DNA of 64,000 bases from Alphaproteobacteria bacterium (GTDB lineage: Bacteria; Pseudomonadota; Alphaproteobacteria; CAAHEQ01; UBA3637): assembly GCA_017958225.1 (NCBI GenBank), contig JAGDDD010000003.1:8752-72751 (forward strand), read 5' to 3'. Numbering within the stretch: position 1 is the stretch's first letter; the number at the start of each line of letters is the position of its first letter. Shown here piece after piece: positions 1 to 8,970 of the stretch. The notes under the pieces were generated by a model. That model saw only the letters and a program-made list of their open reading frames with translations, ran no database searches and had not been told where the DNA came from. The translations under genes and the position numbers were made by a program.

Positions 1-202
1 CGTATATTTCCTGATGCACAAACAAAACAACGGCTTCCATAAAAGTTTGAAAGCGCGAAACATTTTGCGACACCTTCATGCGTCGTGTCGCGAACCAGGA
101 CAACAAGGCCAACAGCGCTATGACAATCCATGTGCTGAAAATCGTCATGCTGACAGGCCATGCGCCGATATAAAAGACAATCATGCTATCATAATTTTCC
201 AT
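1..202 (-). CDS. atpB: F-type ATPase F0 subunit a, N-terminal part only (gene runs off the window start)
   Basis: Not in the ORF track because no stop lies in the window. The minus strand from the ATG at 202 reads MENYDSMIVFYIGAWPVSMTIFSTWIVIALLALLSWFATRRMKVSQNVSRFQTFMEAVVLFVHQEI, which resembles a subunit-a N-terminus. It overlaps the upstream small ORF by 14 nt. Its position after atpD-atpC and two small membrane genes fits N-ATPase gene order. Confidence 0.6.
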   Translation of the reverse strand, partial: MENYDSMIVFYIGAWPVSMTIFSTWIVIALLALLSWFATRRMKVSQNVSRFQTFMEAVVLFVHQEIY

Positions 203-449
203 AAGTGCCCCGACTTTCTTTGAACAGCATAAAATTGCGTGTCAGTATAAAGGTAACAAAACCGGCCAGCCCAGCTGGCACACAGATGTGAAACATCACA
301 CCGAAAAACAGGGCAACACACATCAGGCGCATCAGGCAACCTTTCCACAAAGAGCCTTTTTTTTGAATTGTTTGGCGCAAATGCCATAGGTAAATGTGAC
401 AAGCGATAACGCCCAGGACGCAACCTAACAGAATATTAGCGGCGAGCAC
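189..449 (-). CDS. atpR: small hydrophobic membrane protein in the AtpR slot of an N-ATPase-type operon
   Basis: 86-aa ORF with predicted TM helices (ANILLGCVLGVIACHIYLW, CVALFFGVMFHICVPAGLAGFVTFIL). Its start and stop overlap both neighbours. The assignment is by operon position only. Confidence 0.45.
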   Translation of the reverse strand: MLAANILLGCVLGVIACHIYLWHLRQTIQKKGSLWKGCLMRLMCVALFFGVMFHICVPAGLAGFVTFILTRNFMLFKESRGTYGKL

Positions 450-774
450 GGTGCACCTCCTGTTCGCGTATTTTGTTGGGCTTGTCTATACCCTCTTTTT
501 TAAGCCAAATATGCGCATCAATATAGCCAATGACAAAGCCGACAGCCGAACAATTGAGCAGCCAGGAAATCGTCGGATGCGGATAGTGGGCGTCCAACCA
601 AGAGCCCAAGAAAAAGCCGGCCAATAGCGGTAAAATAATATGTCCGCCAAATACACCGATAACACCCATATTTGCAGTAACAAAGGGACGATCTTTTCGA
701 GTGGCTAAAGTTTGGGCTTTACGCACCAAAACCTTTTCATCGTTATGTTCCGTAGGTGAAAAAACGTGTGCCAT
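436..774 (-). CDS. atpQ: AtpZ/AtpI-like small membrane protein (AtpQ slot of an N-ATPase-type operon)
   Basis: 112-aa ORF. The block MGVIGVFGGHIILPLLAGFFLGSWLD resembles the ATPase_gene1/AtpZ family. It starts 1 nt after the atpC stop. Confidence 0.5.
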   Translation of the reverse strand: MAHVFSPTEHNDEKVLVRKAQTLATRKDRPFVTANMGVIGVFGGHIILPLLAGFFLGSWLDAHYPHPTISWLLNCSAVGFVIGYIDAHIWLKKEGIDKPNKIREQEVHRARR

Positions 775-2555
<1,781 letters not shown>

Positions 2556-2576
2556 TCACCCTTCCTTATATAACAA

Positions 2577-2605
2577 GTTATAATGGCGCTTTTCAAAAAG
2601 GTCAA
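2577..2605 (-). promoter_or_regulatory. sigma70-like promoter candidate for the atpD operon
   Basis: The minus strand reads TTGACC, a 17-nt spacer, then TATAAC. This is followed by AAGGAAGGG (SD) and the atpD ATG. Confidence 0.4.
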
Positions 2606-2620
2606 TAGGAAAATATTTCC

Positions 2621-2649
2621 TTGACAAAAAGGGGAAAATATGATACAAT
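2621..2649 (+). promoter_or_regulatory. sigma70-like promoter candidate for the 2681 gene
   Basis: TTGACA (2621-2626), a 17-nt spacer, then TACAAT (2644-2649). GGAGA lies 6 nt before the ATG at 2681. Confidence 0.5.
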
Positions 2650-2680
2650 TTTTACCAGTTTTTGATTTACGGAGAAAGAA

Positions 2681-4069
2681 ATGAAAAACAAGGTTTTAGA
2701 TGCAGCACAAGAACAGAACGCGCCAAAACGGGGAAACCGCAGCTTCGTAGCGTGGATGAGCGCTTTGCTGTTGCTTGGCGGTGGCACTGTCCTGAGTGGT
2801 AAGATAGCCAAACGGTTGCGTGGCGGAAACGATGCAAAAAAAGATCCTATTGAACAGAGCAACTTAAAAAGAACGGCGTCTGATGTGCTGGTCTATCCGC
2901 ATGTTTATCACGAAGTTAATGGCAAATTTTATAACGAGCTCGGGGAGGAGGCGCCTCCCAGCTGGGTAGAGTCTAACCAGACGGTAAATTCTGTTAAGAC
3001 GATTGAGAAAGAGGTCGATAAAGCTGTGGTTGACGCTGCGATGACAGCATCACCGCACCCCGTTGAAGGACTGGAGGGGTTTGCCCTCAATCGTGAAGGG
3101 ACGTCCAATCCTCCCGACCGGATTAATTGGGTTGAGCTGGAAAAGAATCCGGCCCAACTGGCGGATATGTTGCAAAAAATACAAAAGGGTATCTGTCGCG
3201 ATATTTCCGGTGACTTGTTGGCGCATGAAGGCTGTATCAACTACTTTTATGTGTGCAGTCAAGGTGGTTTGACTTATGATAAGGGATGTAACATTGATTC
3301 AACCAACGTTTTCTGCCAAGTGGATTTATGCTATGCCGATGGGAGAAAAGTTCCGCCAGAAGAAATGTTGAAGGTGTACGCAGATTATATGAAAGCCAAG
3401 GACAAGTTGGGTGGCAATTACGACCATAAGCCCGAATATTATAAAGAGGAGTGGAAAGATCTGCCACAACCTGATCCTAATAGCGAAAACAATAAGAAGT
3501 TGGGCGAAGTAGCTAAAACGGTGCATTATGGCGAAATGTGCCTTCTGTTAAAAGGTTGGGGAGTGCCCGCACAACTTTTAGTCCCGGATAACATGATTGT
3601 GAATGATCAATATCGCGGTATCATCATGAGCTTCTTTGATATGATGTATAATATGGGGCGCACGAATTTTACCGATGAAAAGTGGCCTAATTTTACCCTG
3701 TCATTTTTGACGGCTGTAGAGGCCTATGCTGAAGGCGACATGAAGTGTTTTCGAGCGTGCATAAAAAATATGGCCGAAGAAAGCAAGCGTCCGCAAGTGC
3801 AAGATTTGCGCAACGAATTCTGTCGTGCCAGCATTTTGCAATGCTTGGAAGACGGGTTTAATCCTTATTATTTGCAGCAGGTCGATTGGGCTAAATTACA
3901 CAATGTGTGTGAGAAGTTGAAGAAAAATCCCAAGATTAAGGATACGACCAAAGCGGCTATTCGCCATACCACAACATGGACGGGTGAGCACACAGCCGGT
4001 CTGACAAAGACATCTGTGAAGTCCAATGTCGGGCCCGTTAAAATCTTGGGGGAAGAAAACACCCATTAA
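2681..4069 (+). CDS. membrane-anchored Cys-rich hypothetical protein, possibly with a lysozyme-like (GH24-like) domain
   Basis: 462 aa. It has a basic N-terminus plus one TM helix (FVAWMSALLLLGGGTVLSG) and good promoter and SD signals. HEGCINYFYVCSQGGLTYDKGCN and GIIMSFFDMMYNMGRTNF loosely resemble phage-lysozyme motifs (E-G-x5-Y...G-x-x-T...G, and the helix before the C-terminal lobe). Confidence 0.6.
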   Translation: MKNKVLDAAQEQNAPKRGNRSFVAWMSALLLLGGGTVLSGKIAKRLRGGNDAKKDPIEQSNLKRTASDVLVYPHVYHEVNGKFYNELGEEAPPSWVESNQTVNSVKTIEKEVDKAVVDAAMTASPHPVEGLEGFALNREGTSNPPDRINWVELEKNPAQLADMLQKIQKGICRDISGDLLAHEGCINYFYVCSQGGLTYDKGCNIDSTNVFCQVDLCYADGRKVPPEEMLKVYADYMKAKDKLGGNYDHKPEYYKEEWKDLPQPDPNSENNKKLGEVAKTVHYGEMCLLLKGWGVPAQLLVPDNMIVNDQYRGIIMSFFDMMYNMGRTNFTDEKWPNFTLSFLTAVEAYAEGDMKCFRACIKNMAEESKRPQVQDLRNEFCRASILQCLEDGFNPYYLQQVDWAKLHNVCEKLKKNPKIKDTTKAAIRHTTTWTGEHTAGLTKTSVKSNVGPVKILGEENTH

Positions 4070-4086
4070 TTTTCCCTGATAATTTC

Positions 4087-4140
4087 AAATAGGCTCTTGA
4101 CTAGATGCAAAAAAGTGGCTAGTATAAGAGCCTATTTTTT
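4087..4140 (+). terminator. rho-independent terminator after the 2681 gene, with a thrS promoter candidate inside its loop
   Basis: The inverted repeat AAATAGGCTCTT...AAGAGCCTATTT is followed by a T-run of about 8. Inside it lie TTGACT (4097-4102), a 17-nt spacer, then TAGTAT (4120-4125). Confidence 0.55.
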
Positions 4141-4155
4141 TAACATAAGGATATT

Positions 4156-6084
4156 ATGATGATTAATATTAAATTGCCTGATGGCGCTGTCTTGGAAATG
4201 CAATCCGGCGTATGTGCGCTGGATGTGGCTCGTAAAATCAGTGAGCGTTTAGCCGCGGCGACTTTTGCCGCTTTGGTTAATGGAACATTGACGGATGCCA
4301 CAACGCCGATCACACAGGACGCGACCGTGACTTTGGTCACTGCCAAGCAGCCGGAAGGTTTGTCCGTGATGCGTCATAGTATCTCGCATATCATGGCCCA
4401 AGCAGTCCAAGAGCTGTTTCCGAATACGCAAGTGACCATCGGGCCCGTGATTGAAAACGGTTTTTATTATGACTTTGCGAAGGCTGAGCCTTTTGTGCCG
4501 GATGATTTGGCGAAAATTGAGCAGCGTATGCATGAAATTGTGCAACGCAATCTGCCGATTGTGCGTGAAGAGTGGCCGCGTCAAAAAGCTATCGATTACT
4601 TTACGCAAAAAGGCGAAAAATATAAAGTCGAAATCATCAATGATTTGCCTGCCGACGCCGTGATTTCAGTGTATAAGCAAGGCGATTATATCGACTTGTG
4701 TCGTGGTCCGCATTTGCCTTCGACCGGTTTGGCCGGCAAGGCCTTTAAGCTGATGAAAATTGCCGGTGCTTACTGGCGCGGCGATTCCAAAAACGCGATG
4801 TTGCAACGCATCTATGGTGTGGCCTTTGCGGATGAAAAAGATTTGAAAGCGCATTTGACGATGTTGGAAGAAGCCGCCAAACGCGACCATCGCAAAATCG
4901 GTAAAGATATGGACTTGTTCCATTTTGAGCCGGAATATGCGCCGGGTTCTGTGTTTTGGCATGACAAGGGCTATCGCGTGTATCGCAAGTTGATTGAGTA
5001 TATGCGCTTGCGTCAAGAGCAAAACGGGTATTTGGAAGTTTGCACGCCGGCGGTGATGGACAGATGCTTGTGGGAAACCTCGGGCCATTGGGAAAAATAT
5101 GGCGAACATAACTATTCCGGCAAAACCGAAGACGGAAAAGTGTTTTGTATCAAGCCGATGAACTGCCCGGGCGGTCTGTTGATTTACAAGCAGGGTATCA
5201 AATCTTATCGTGATTTGCCTTTGCGTTTAGCCGAGTTTGGTAAGGTGCATCGTTATGAAGCCAGTGGTGCCTTGATGGGCATCATGCGCGTGCGTGAATT
5301 TACACAAGATGATGCGCATATTTTCTGCACACAAGATCAGATGGAAGATGAATGCATCAGCACGTTGAAACTGATTTTGGACATTTATAAGGACTTTGGC
5401 TTTAAGGAGGTCCAAATTAAGTTATCGACTCGTCCCGAAAAGCGTATCGGCTCGGACGAAGTGTGGGATAAATCAGAAAAAGCGTTGGCTAATGCCTTGG
5501 AAAGAAACGGGTATGCCTATACACTCAATGTCGGGGAAGGTGCTTTCTACGGCCCGAAATTGGAGTTGATTTTGAAAGACGCTATCGGGCGTGAGTGGCA
5601 GTGCGGCACGATTCAAATGGATATGAACTTGCCGGAACGTTTTGATATCTCTTATATTGGAGAAGATGGCGAAAAGCATCGTCCGGTAATGTTGCACCGC
5701 GCTTTGTTTGGCTCAATTGAAAGATTCTTGGGTATTTTGTTGGAAGACACCGCCGGTCGTTTGCCGCTGTGGTTGTCGCCGGAGCAAGTCAAGGTGTTGC
5801 CGATTGCGTCCGATGTCAATGACTATGCCCATGAGGTGGCACAGGCTTTGAAAAAAGCCGGCTTGTCCGCCAGCGTTGATGACAGCAACGAAAAAATCAG
5901 TTATAAAATTCGTGAGCATTCTATCGCGAAAATACCTGTGTTGTTGGTTGTCGGTGCCAAAGAAAAAGAAACAAAGTCGGTCGCTGTGCGGCGTATCGGC
6001 GTTGAAAAACAAACAGTTATGCCGTTGGCAGAGTGCGTGAAATCTTTGCAAGAAGAAGCGCAAATGCCATCATCCGTTTTATAA
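4156..6084 (+). CDS. thrS: threonine--tRNA ligase
   Basis: 642 aa with a TGS-like N-terminus, class II motifs (FRVREFTQDDAHIF, GEGAFYGPK) and an anticodon-binding C-terminus. SD spacing (AAGGA at 4147) makes the second ATG at 4159 the more likely start. Confidence 0.97.
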   Translation: MMINIKLPDGAVLEMQSGVCALDVARKISERLAAATFAALVNGTLTDATTPITQDATVTLVTAKQPEGLSVMRHSISHIMAQAVQELFPNTQVTIGPVIENGFYYDFAKAEPFVPDDLAKIEQRMHEIVQRNLPIVREEWPRQKAIDYFTQKGEKYKVEIINDLPADAVISVYKQGDYIDLCRGPHLPSTGLAGKAFKLMKIAGAYWRGDSKNAMLQRIYGVAFADEKDLKAHLTMLEEAAKRDHRKIGKDMDLFHFEPEYAPGSVFWHDKGYRVYRKLIEYMRLRQEQNGYLEVCTPAVMDRCLWETSGHWEKYGEHNYSGKTEDGKVFCIKPMNCPGGLLIYKQGIKSYRDLPLRLAEFGKVHRYEASGALMGIMRVREFTQDDAHIFCTQDQMEDECISTLKLILDIYKDFGFKEVQIKLSTRPEKRIGSDEVWDKSEKALANALERNGYAYTLNVGEGAFYGPKLELILKDAIGREWQCGTIQMDMNLPERFDISYIGEDGEKHRPVMLHRALFGSIERFLGILLEDTAGRLPLWLSPEQVKVLPIASDVNDYAHEVAQALKKAGLSASVDDSNEKISYKIREHSIAKIPVLLVVGAKEKETKSVAVRRIGVEKQTVMPLAECVKSLQEEAQMPSSVL

Positions 6085-6096
6085 TTGGGGGTTATT

Positions 6097-6417
6097 ATGA
6101 AGAAAAAAACAGTAGAAGAGAAAAAAGCGTCAAAAGATAAAAAAGAAACCGTCTCTCAACTGGAAAAGTTGGCGGACAGAATCGAAAGGATGCGTTTGGG
6201 CGATTACATTGCCATGACAACACGTCCTTCTCGGATTATCTGGAGCAACTTTTTGGCCGGCGCATTCCGCGGTATCGGCTTTACCGTTGGTGCGGCCATT
6301 ATTATTGCTATCGTTGTCAAAATCTTGATGGTGCTGATTTCCATGAACATACCTTATTTGAGCGAACAATTGCAGTATGTTGTGGAAATTATTAAATCTG
6401 TGCCGGCGAAGCATTAA
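6097..6417 (+). CDS. DUF5665-like small membrane protein
   Basis: The ORF track starts at a TTG at 6085. The ATG at 6097 (MKKKTVEE) follows GGGGG. RPSRIIWSNFLAGAFRGIGFTVGAAIIIAIVV matches my recollection of the DUF5665 core. Confidence 0.6.
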   Translation: MKKKTVEEKKASKDKKETVSQLEKLADRIERMRLGDYIAMTTRPSRIIWSNFLAGAFRGIGFTVGAAIIIAIVVKILMVLISMNIPYLSEQLQYVVEIIKSVPAKH

Positions 6418-8648
6418 GCCGACAACACTTCTTTGACTTTTTCGGTCAGTTGCGTCAGGCTGAACGGTTTTGCCAGGAACGAGAACAAGGCAGAATTGTC
6501 TTGCCCGTGGCGCGCCATATCTTCGGAATACCCGCTCATCAAAATGACTTTGGCGTGCGGGTATTTTTTCAACGTCTTTTTGGCCAGCGTTTCGCCGTCC
6601 ATTTCCTGCATAATCATATCCGTAATCAGCAAGTCAAAGTCCAGACCCTTTTTAATGGCTTCAAAGGCTTGCAAGCCGTTTTCAAACTCGATGACCTTAA
6701 AGCCTTTGTTTTTCAAGACGCGTGCGCTAAAGGTGCGGACAGCCGGTTCATCATCGACCACAACAATGGTGGCTTTGGTGGGCAACGGTGTCGGATTGTC
6801 CTTCTCCGGAACGGTAGCGTCCGCGGCTTTTGGCTCAAAGCAGGGCAGATAGACGGTAAAGGTCGTGCCTTTGCCCAACTCGCTTTTCACATCGATGTAA
6901 CCATTGGCTTGCGTTACAATACCATAAACGGTGGATAGGCCTAAACCTGTGCCGGAGCCAGCGATACCCTCTTTGGTGGAAAAGAACGGCTCAAAAATGC
7001 GGGGCAGGTCTTTGGGATCAATGCCACAGCCCGTATCCGCTACAGAAATGACGACATATTTGCCGGGGATGAGTGTATCCAGGCCGACACTTCTTTTCTT
7101 TTTGATTTTTTCCACATGCGCCCGAATACGCAACGTGCCACCATCCAACATCGCATCACGCGCATTGACAGCCAAATTCAAGAACACCTGTGTCAATTGG
7201 TTTAGGTCGGTTTTGACCCAGCCCAAATCGGACGAGCACTCGGTCACCAGTTGTATTTTGGTGCCCAGGGTGCGCACGAGCAGGCCGGTGAGGTTGGAAA
7301 AGGCATCACCCATGTTGATAAGCACCGACTTGACTGGTTGCTTGCGGGAAAACGCCAGCAGCTGTTTGACGACGCCCGCTGCACGATTGGCACTGTGTTT
7401 GATTTGCATTAAATCGCTAAACGACGGATCGCCCATGCCATGCTTTTGCAACAGCAGGTCCGCAAAACCGATAATAGCGGTCAGCAGGTTATTAAAGTCG
7501 TGCGCGACGCCGCCGGTAATTTGTCCCATGGCTTGCAGTTTTTGCGCTTGGTTGAGCTGCATTTCCAGGTTTTTGCGCTCGTTGGTTTCTGTCAGATACA
7601 ACACCACAGCCGGCGGGGCTCTGTCTTCGGCCGGCAAAGACGACATCAGCGCCGAAAAGGTCACTTTTTCTTGGTCGGGACGCATGAAAGTCAGTTCGCA
7701 CTCTTCCTGTTTGTGGGCGCGTTCCGTCAATTGCGCCAGCTTCAAGGTCAGCATTTCGGCGGTTTCTGCATCTAACAAAGCAGTTAAAGGTTGCCCTAAC
7801 GGGTCAGAGGTTGCCAGATTTTTAGCAAAAGCCTCGTTACAGTCAAGCAGTGTGCAGTCAATCGCATTGATAATCGCCATGCCCAAGGGAGCGCGTTGCC
7901 ACAAAGGATGTTGCGTAACCGGCATAAAGGGAGACGTGTGTGTGGCTTTAACGACGACACCTTCAAACAGTGTTTGCCCGTCCATTTCTATGGCTGATTG
8001 ATAAATGTGCGCCATAAACGATTGTTTGTTCTTGCCCTTGAAAACAGCCGCGTTATCGCCCGTTTCAAAGATGTTATCCGTGTTTTTCAGATAGTGTTGA
8101 ATCTTTTTTGTCAGCAGTGTCTTGCGCGATTCGCCTAACCATTGGCATAATTTGTCATTGACGTGCTTAAAGTGACCGTCGCTGGCGATAATATAAAAGG
8201 CCACCGGCAGGCTGTCCAGCGAATCTTGGAGCAAAAGTTGTTCTTGATGCACCAACTCGCCGATTTCTTTTTGGGCGGTAATATCCGTTGCCGACAGGAC
8301 CATAGCGCGTTTTAAAGGATACAGAGCGACCGCATATGTGGCCTGCGGTGTCGTGACCACCTGATTCGTTCGGCAGTGCAGTTGATATGCACTTTTAAGT
8401 TTTTCAAGGCTTTCCGGCGTTAAAGTGCCCTCTAAAAAGGCAAAAGGATTCGTTAGTGTTCCAAACAACGATTCTCCCGCCGCATTGCTTAGCAGAATCT
8501 CGTTTTGAAAAGAACGAATCTGTTGCGCGGCCGAAGAGGCGTCCAAAACCTGTTGTAAATACGCTTTATAGCCAAAAATCATAGTGTTTCCTTTTGTCGT
8601 CATTGTATCAGAAAAATACCTGCCTGGCGAGTGTTTTCTTCCGGCCAC
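6414..8648 (-). CDS. hybrid sensor histidine kinase/response regulator with PAS domains (CckA-like)
   Basis: H-box GGVAHDFNNLLTAIIGFADLL. N, G1 and G2 boxes are present (NLAVNARDAM, DTGCGI, GSGTGLGLS). The C-terminal receiver is VVVDDE...LLITDMIMQEMDG...MSGY...LAKPF. No TM helix is apparent. The start is uncertain: ATG 8582 (MIFGY) has the best SD (AAAGGAAAC). Confidence 0.9.
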   Translation of the reverse strand: MAGRKHSPGRYFSDTMTTKGNTMIFGYKAYLQQVLDASSAAQQIRSFQNEILLSNAAGESLFGTLTNPFAFLEGTLTPESLEKLKSAYQLHCRTNQVVTTPQATYAVALYPLKRAMVLSATDITAQKEIGELVHQEQLLLQDSLDSLPVAFYIIASDGHFKHVNDKLCQWLGESRKTLLTKKIQHYLKNTDNIFETGDNAAVFKGKNKQSFMAHIYQSAIEMDGQTLFEGVVVKATHTSPFMPVTQHPLWQRAPLGMAIINAIDCTLLDCNEAFAKNLATSDPLGQPLTALLDAETAEMLTLKLAQLTERAHKQEECELTFMRPDQEKVTFSALMSSLPAEDRAPPAVVLYLTETNERKNLEMQLNQAQKLQAMGQITGGVAHDFNNLLTAIIGFADLLLQKHGMGDPSFSDLMQIKHSANRAAGVVKQLLAFSRKQPVKSVLINMGDAFSNLTGLLVRTLGTKIQLVTECSSDLGWVKTDLNQLTQVFLNLAVNARDAMLDGGTLRIRAHVEKIKKKRSVGLDTLIPGKYVVISVADTGCGIDPKDLPRIFEPFFSTKEGIAGSGTGLGLSTVYGIVTQANGYIDVKSELGKGTTFTVYLPCFEPKAADATVPEKDNPTPLPTKATIVVVDDEPAVRTFSARVLKNKGFKVIEFENGLQAFEAIKKGLDFDLLITDMIMQEMDGETLAKKTLKKYPHAKVILMSGYSEDMARHGQDNSALFSFLAKPFSLTQLTEKVKEVLSA

Positions 8649-8869
8649 TTGCTTTTTGCTGCGTAAATAATATTTTATGCCGATTTGCTCTTGTTTTATG
8701 TGTTCAAGCGCGCATAAATCCTTGCTTTTTTGACTTTCTAAATCTTTTTTTACATAAAAAACAGATATCTATTCAAAATTAATCATTTTTTGAAAACTTT
8801 TTCCGCAAGTGCTTTTTTTAACAAAAAAAGAGAAAAAAAGTGGCGGATTTCCAACATTTTGAAAAAAAA

Positions 8870-8883
8870 TTGCTCATAAGCAA
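8870..8883. promoter_or_regulatory. perfect 5-4-5 palindrome TTGCT-CATA-AGCAA, a candidate CRP/FNR-family operator upstream of nrdD
   Basis: Read directly from the sequence. It has the same architecture as the FNR box TTGAT-N4-ATCAA and is flanked by A-runs. It sits 88 nt upstream of the nrdD ATG. Confidence 0.3.
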
Positions 8884-8892
8884 AAAAACAAG

Positions 8893-8920
8893 TTGACGAC
8901 ATACAAAAAATGATTAGAGT
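8893..8920 (+). promoter_or_regulatory. sigma70-like promoter candidate for nrdD
   Basis: TTGACG (8893-8898), a 16-nt spacer, then TAGAGT (8915-8920). This is a weak -10. An alternative -10, AAAAAT (8906-8911), would put the palindrome near -41.5. Confidence 0.3.
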
Positions 8921-8970
8921 AATGGATACAATTCATAGATATAGTATAAAAAAGACGAGGGAACCACTAA

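Noticed and set aside
14-423. ORFs of 69 aa (+) and 80 aa (-) at the window start
   Set aside because: They are alternative frames or strands of the atpR and atpB genes. Operon logic and hydrophobic-helix content favour the listed frames.
6931-8001. 356-aa ORF on the + strand
   Set aside because: It is entirely antisense to the histidine-kinase gene, whose H, N and G boxes are unambiguous. The translation is low-complexity (Ser/Arg/Cys-rich), with no SD or recognisable motifs.
8921-8950. Possible NrdR box (CATAGATATAGTATAA) upstream of nrdD
   Set aside because: Only one half resembles the acaCwAtATaTwgtgt consensus (ATATAGTAT versus ATATAGTGT). The other half does not match, and no second box lies at the expected spacing of about 31 bp.
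8650-8970. Cobalamin riboswitch or other leader RNA upstream of nrdD; CRISPR-like repetition of A/T tracts
   Set aside because: The region is AT-rich with no B12-box-like GC-rich core and no stable multi-stem structure. The A/T runs are irregular homopolymers, not repeat-spacer units.
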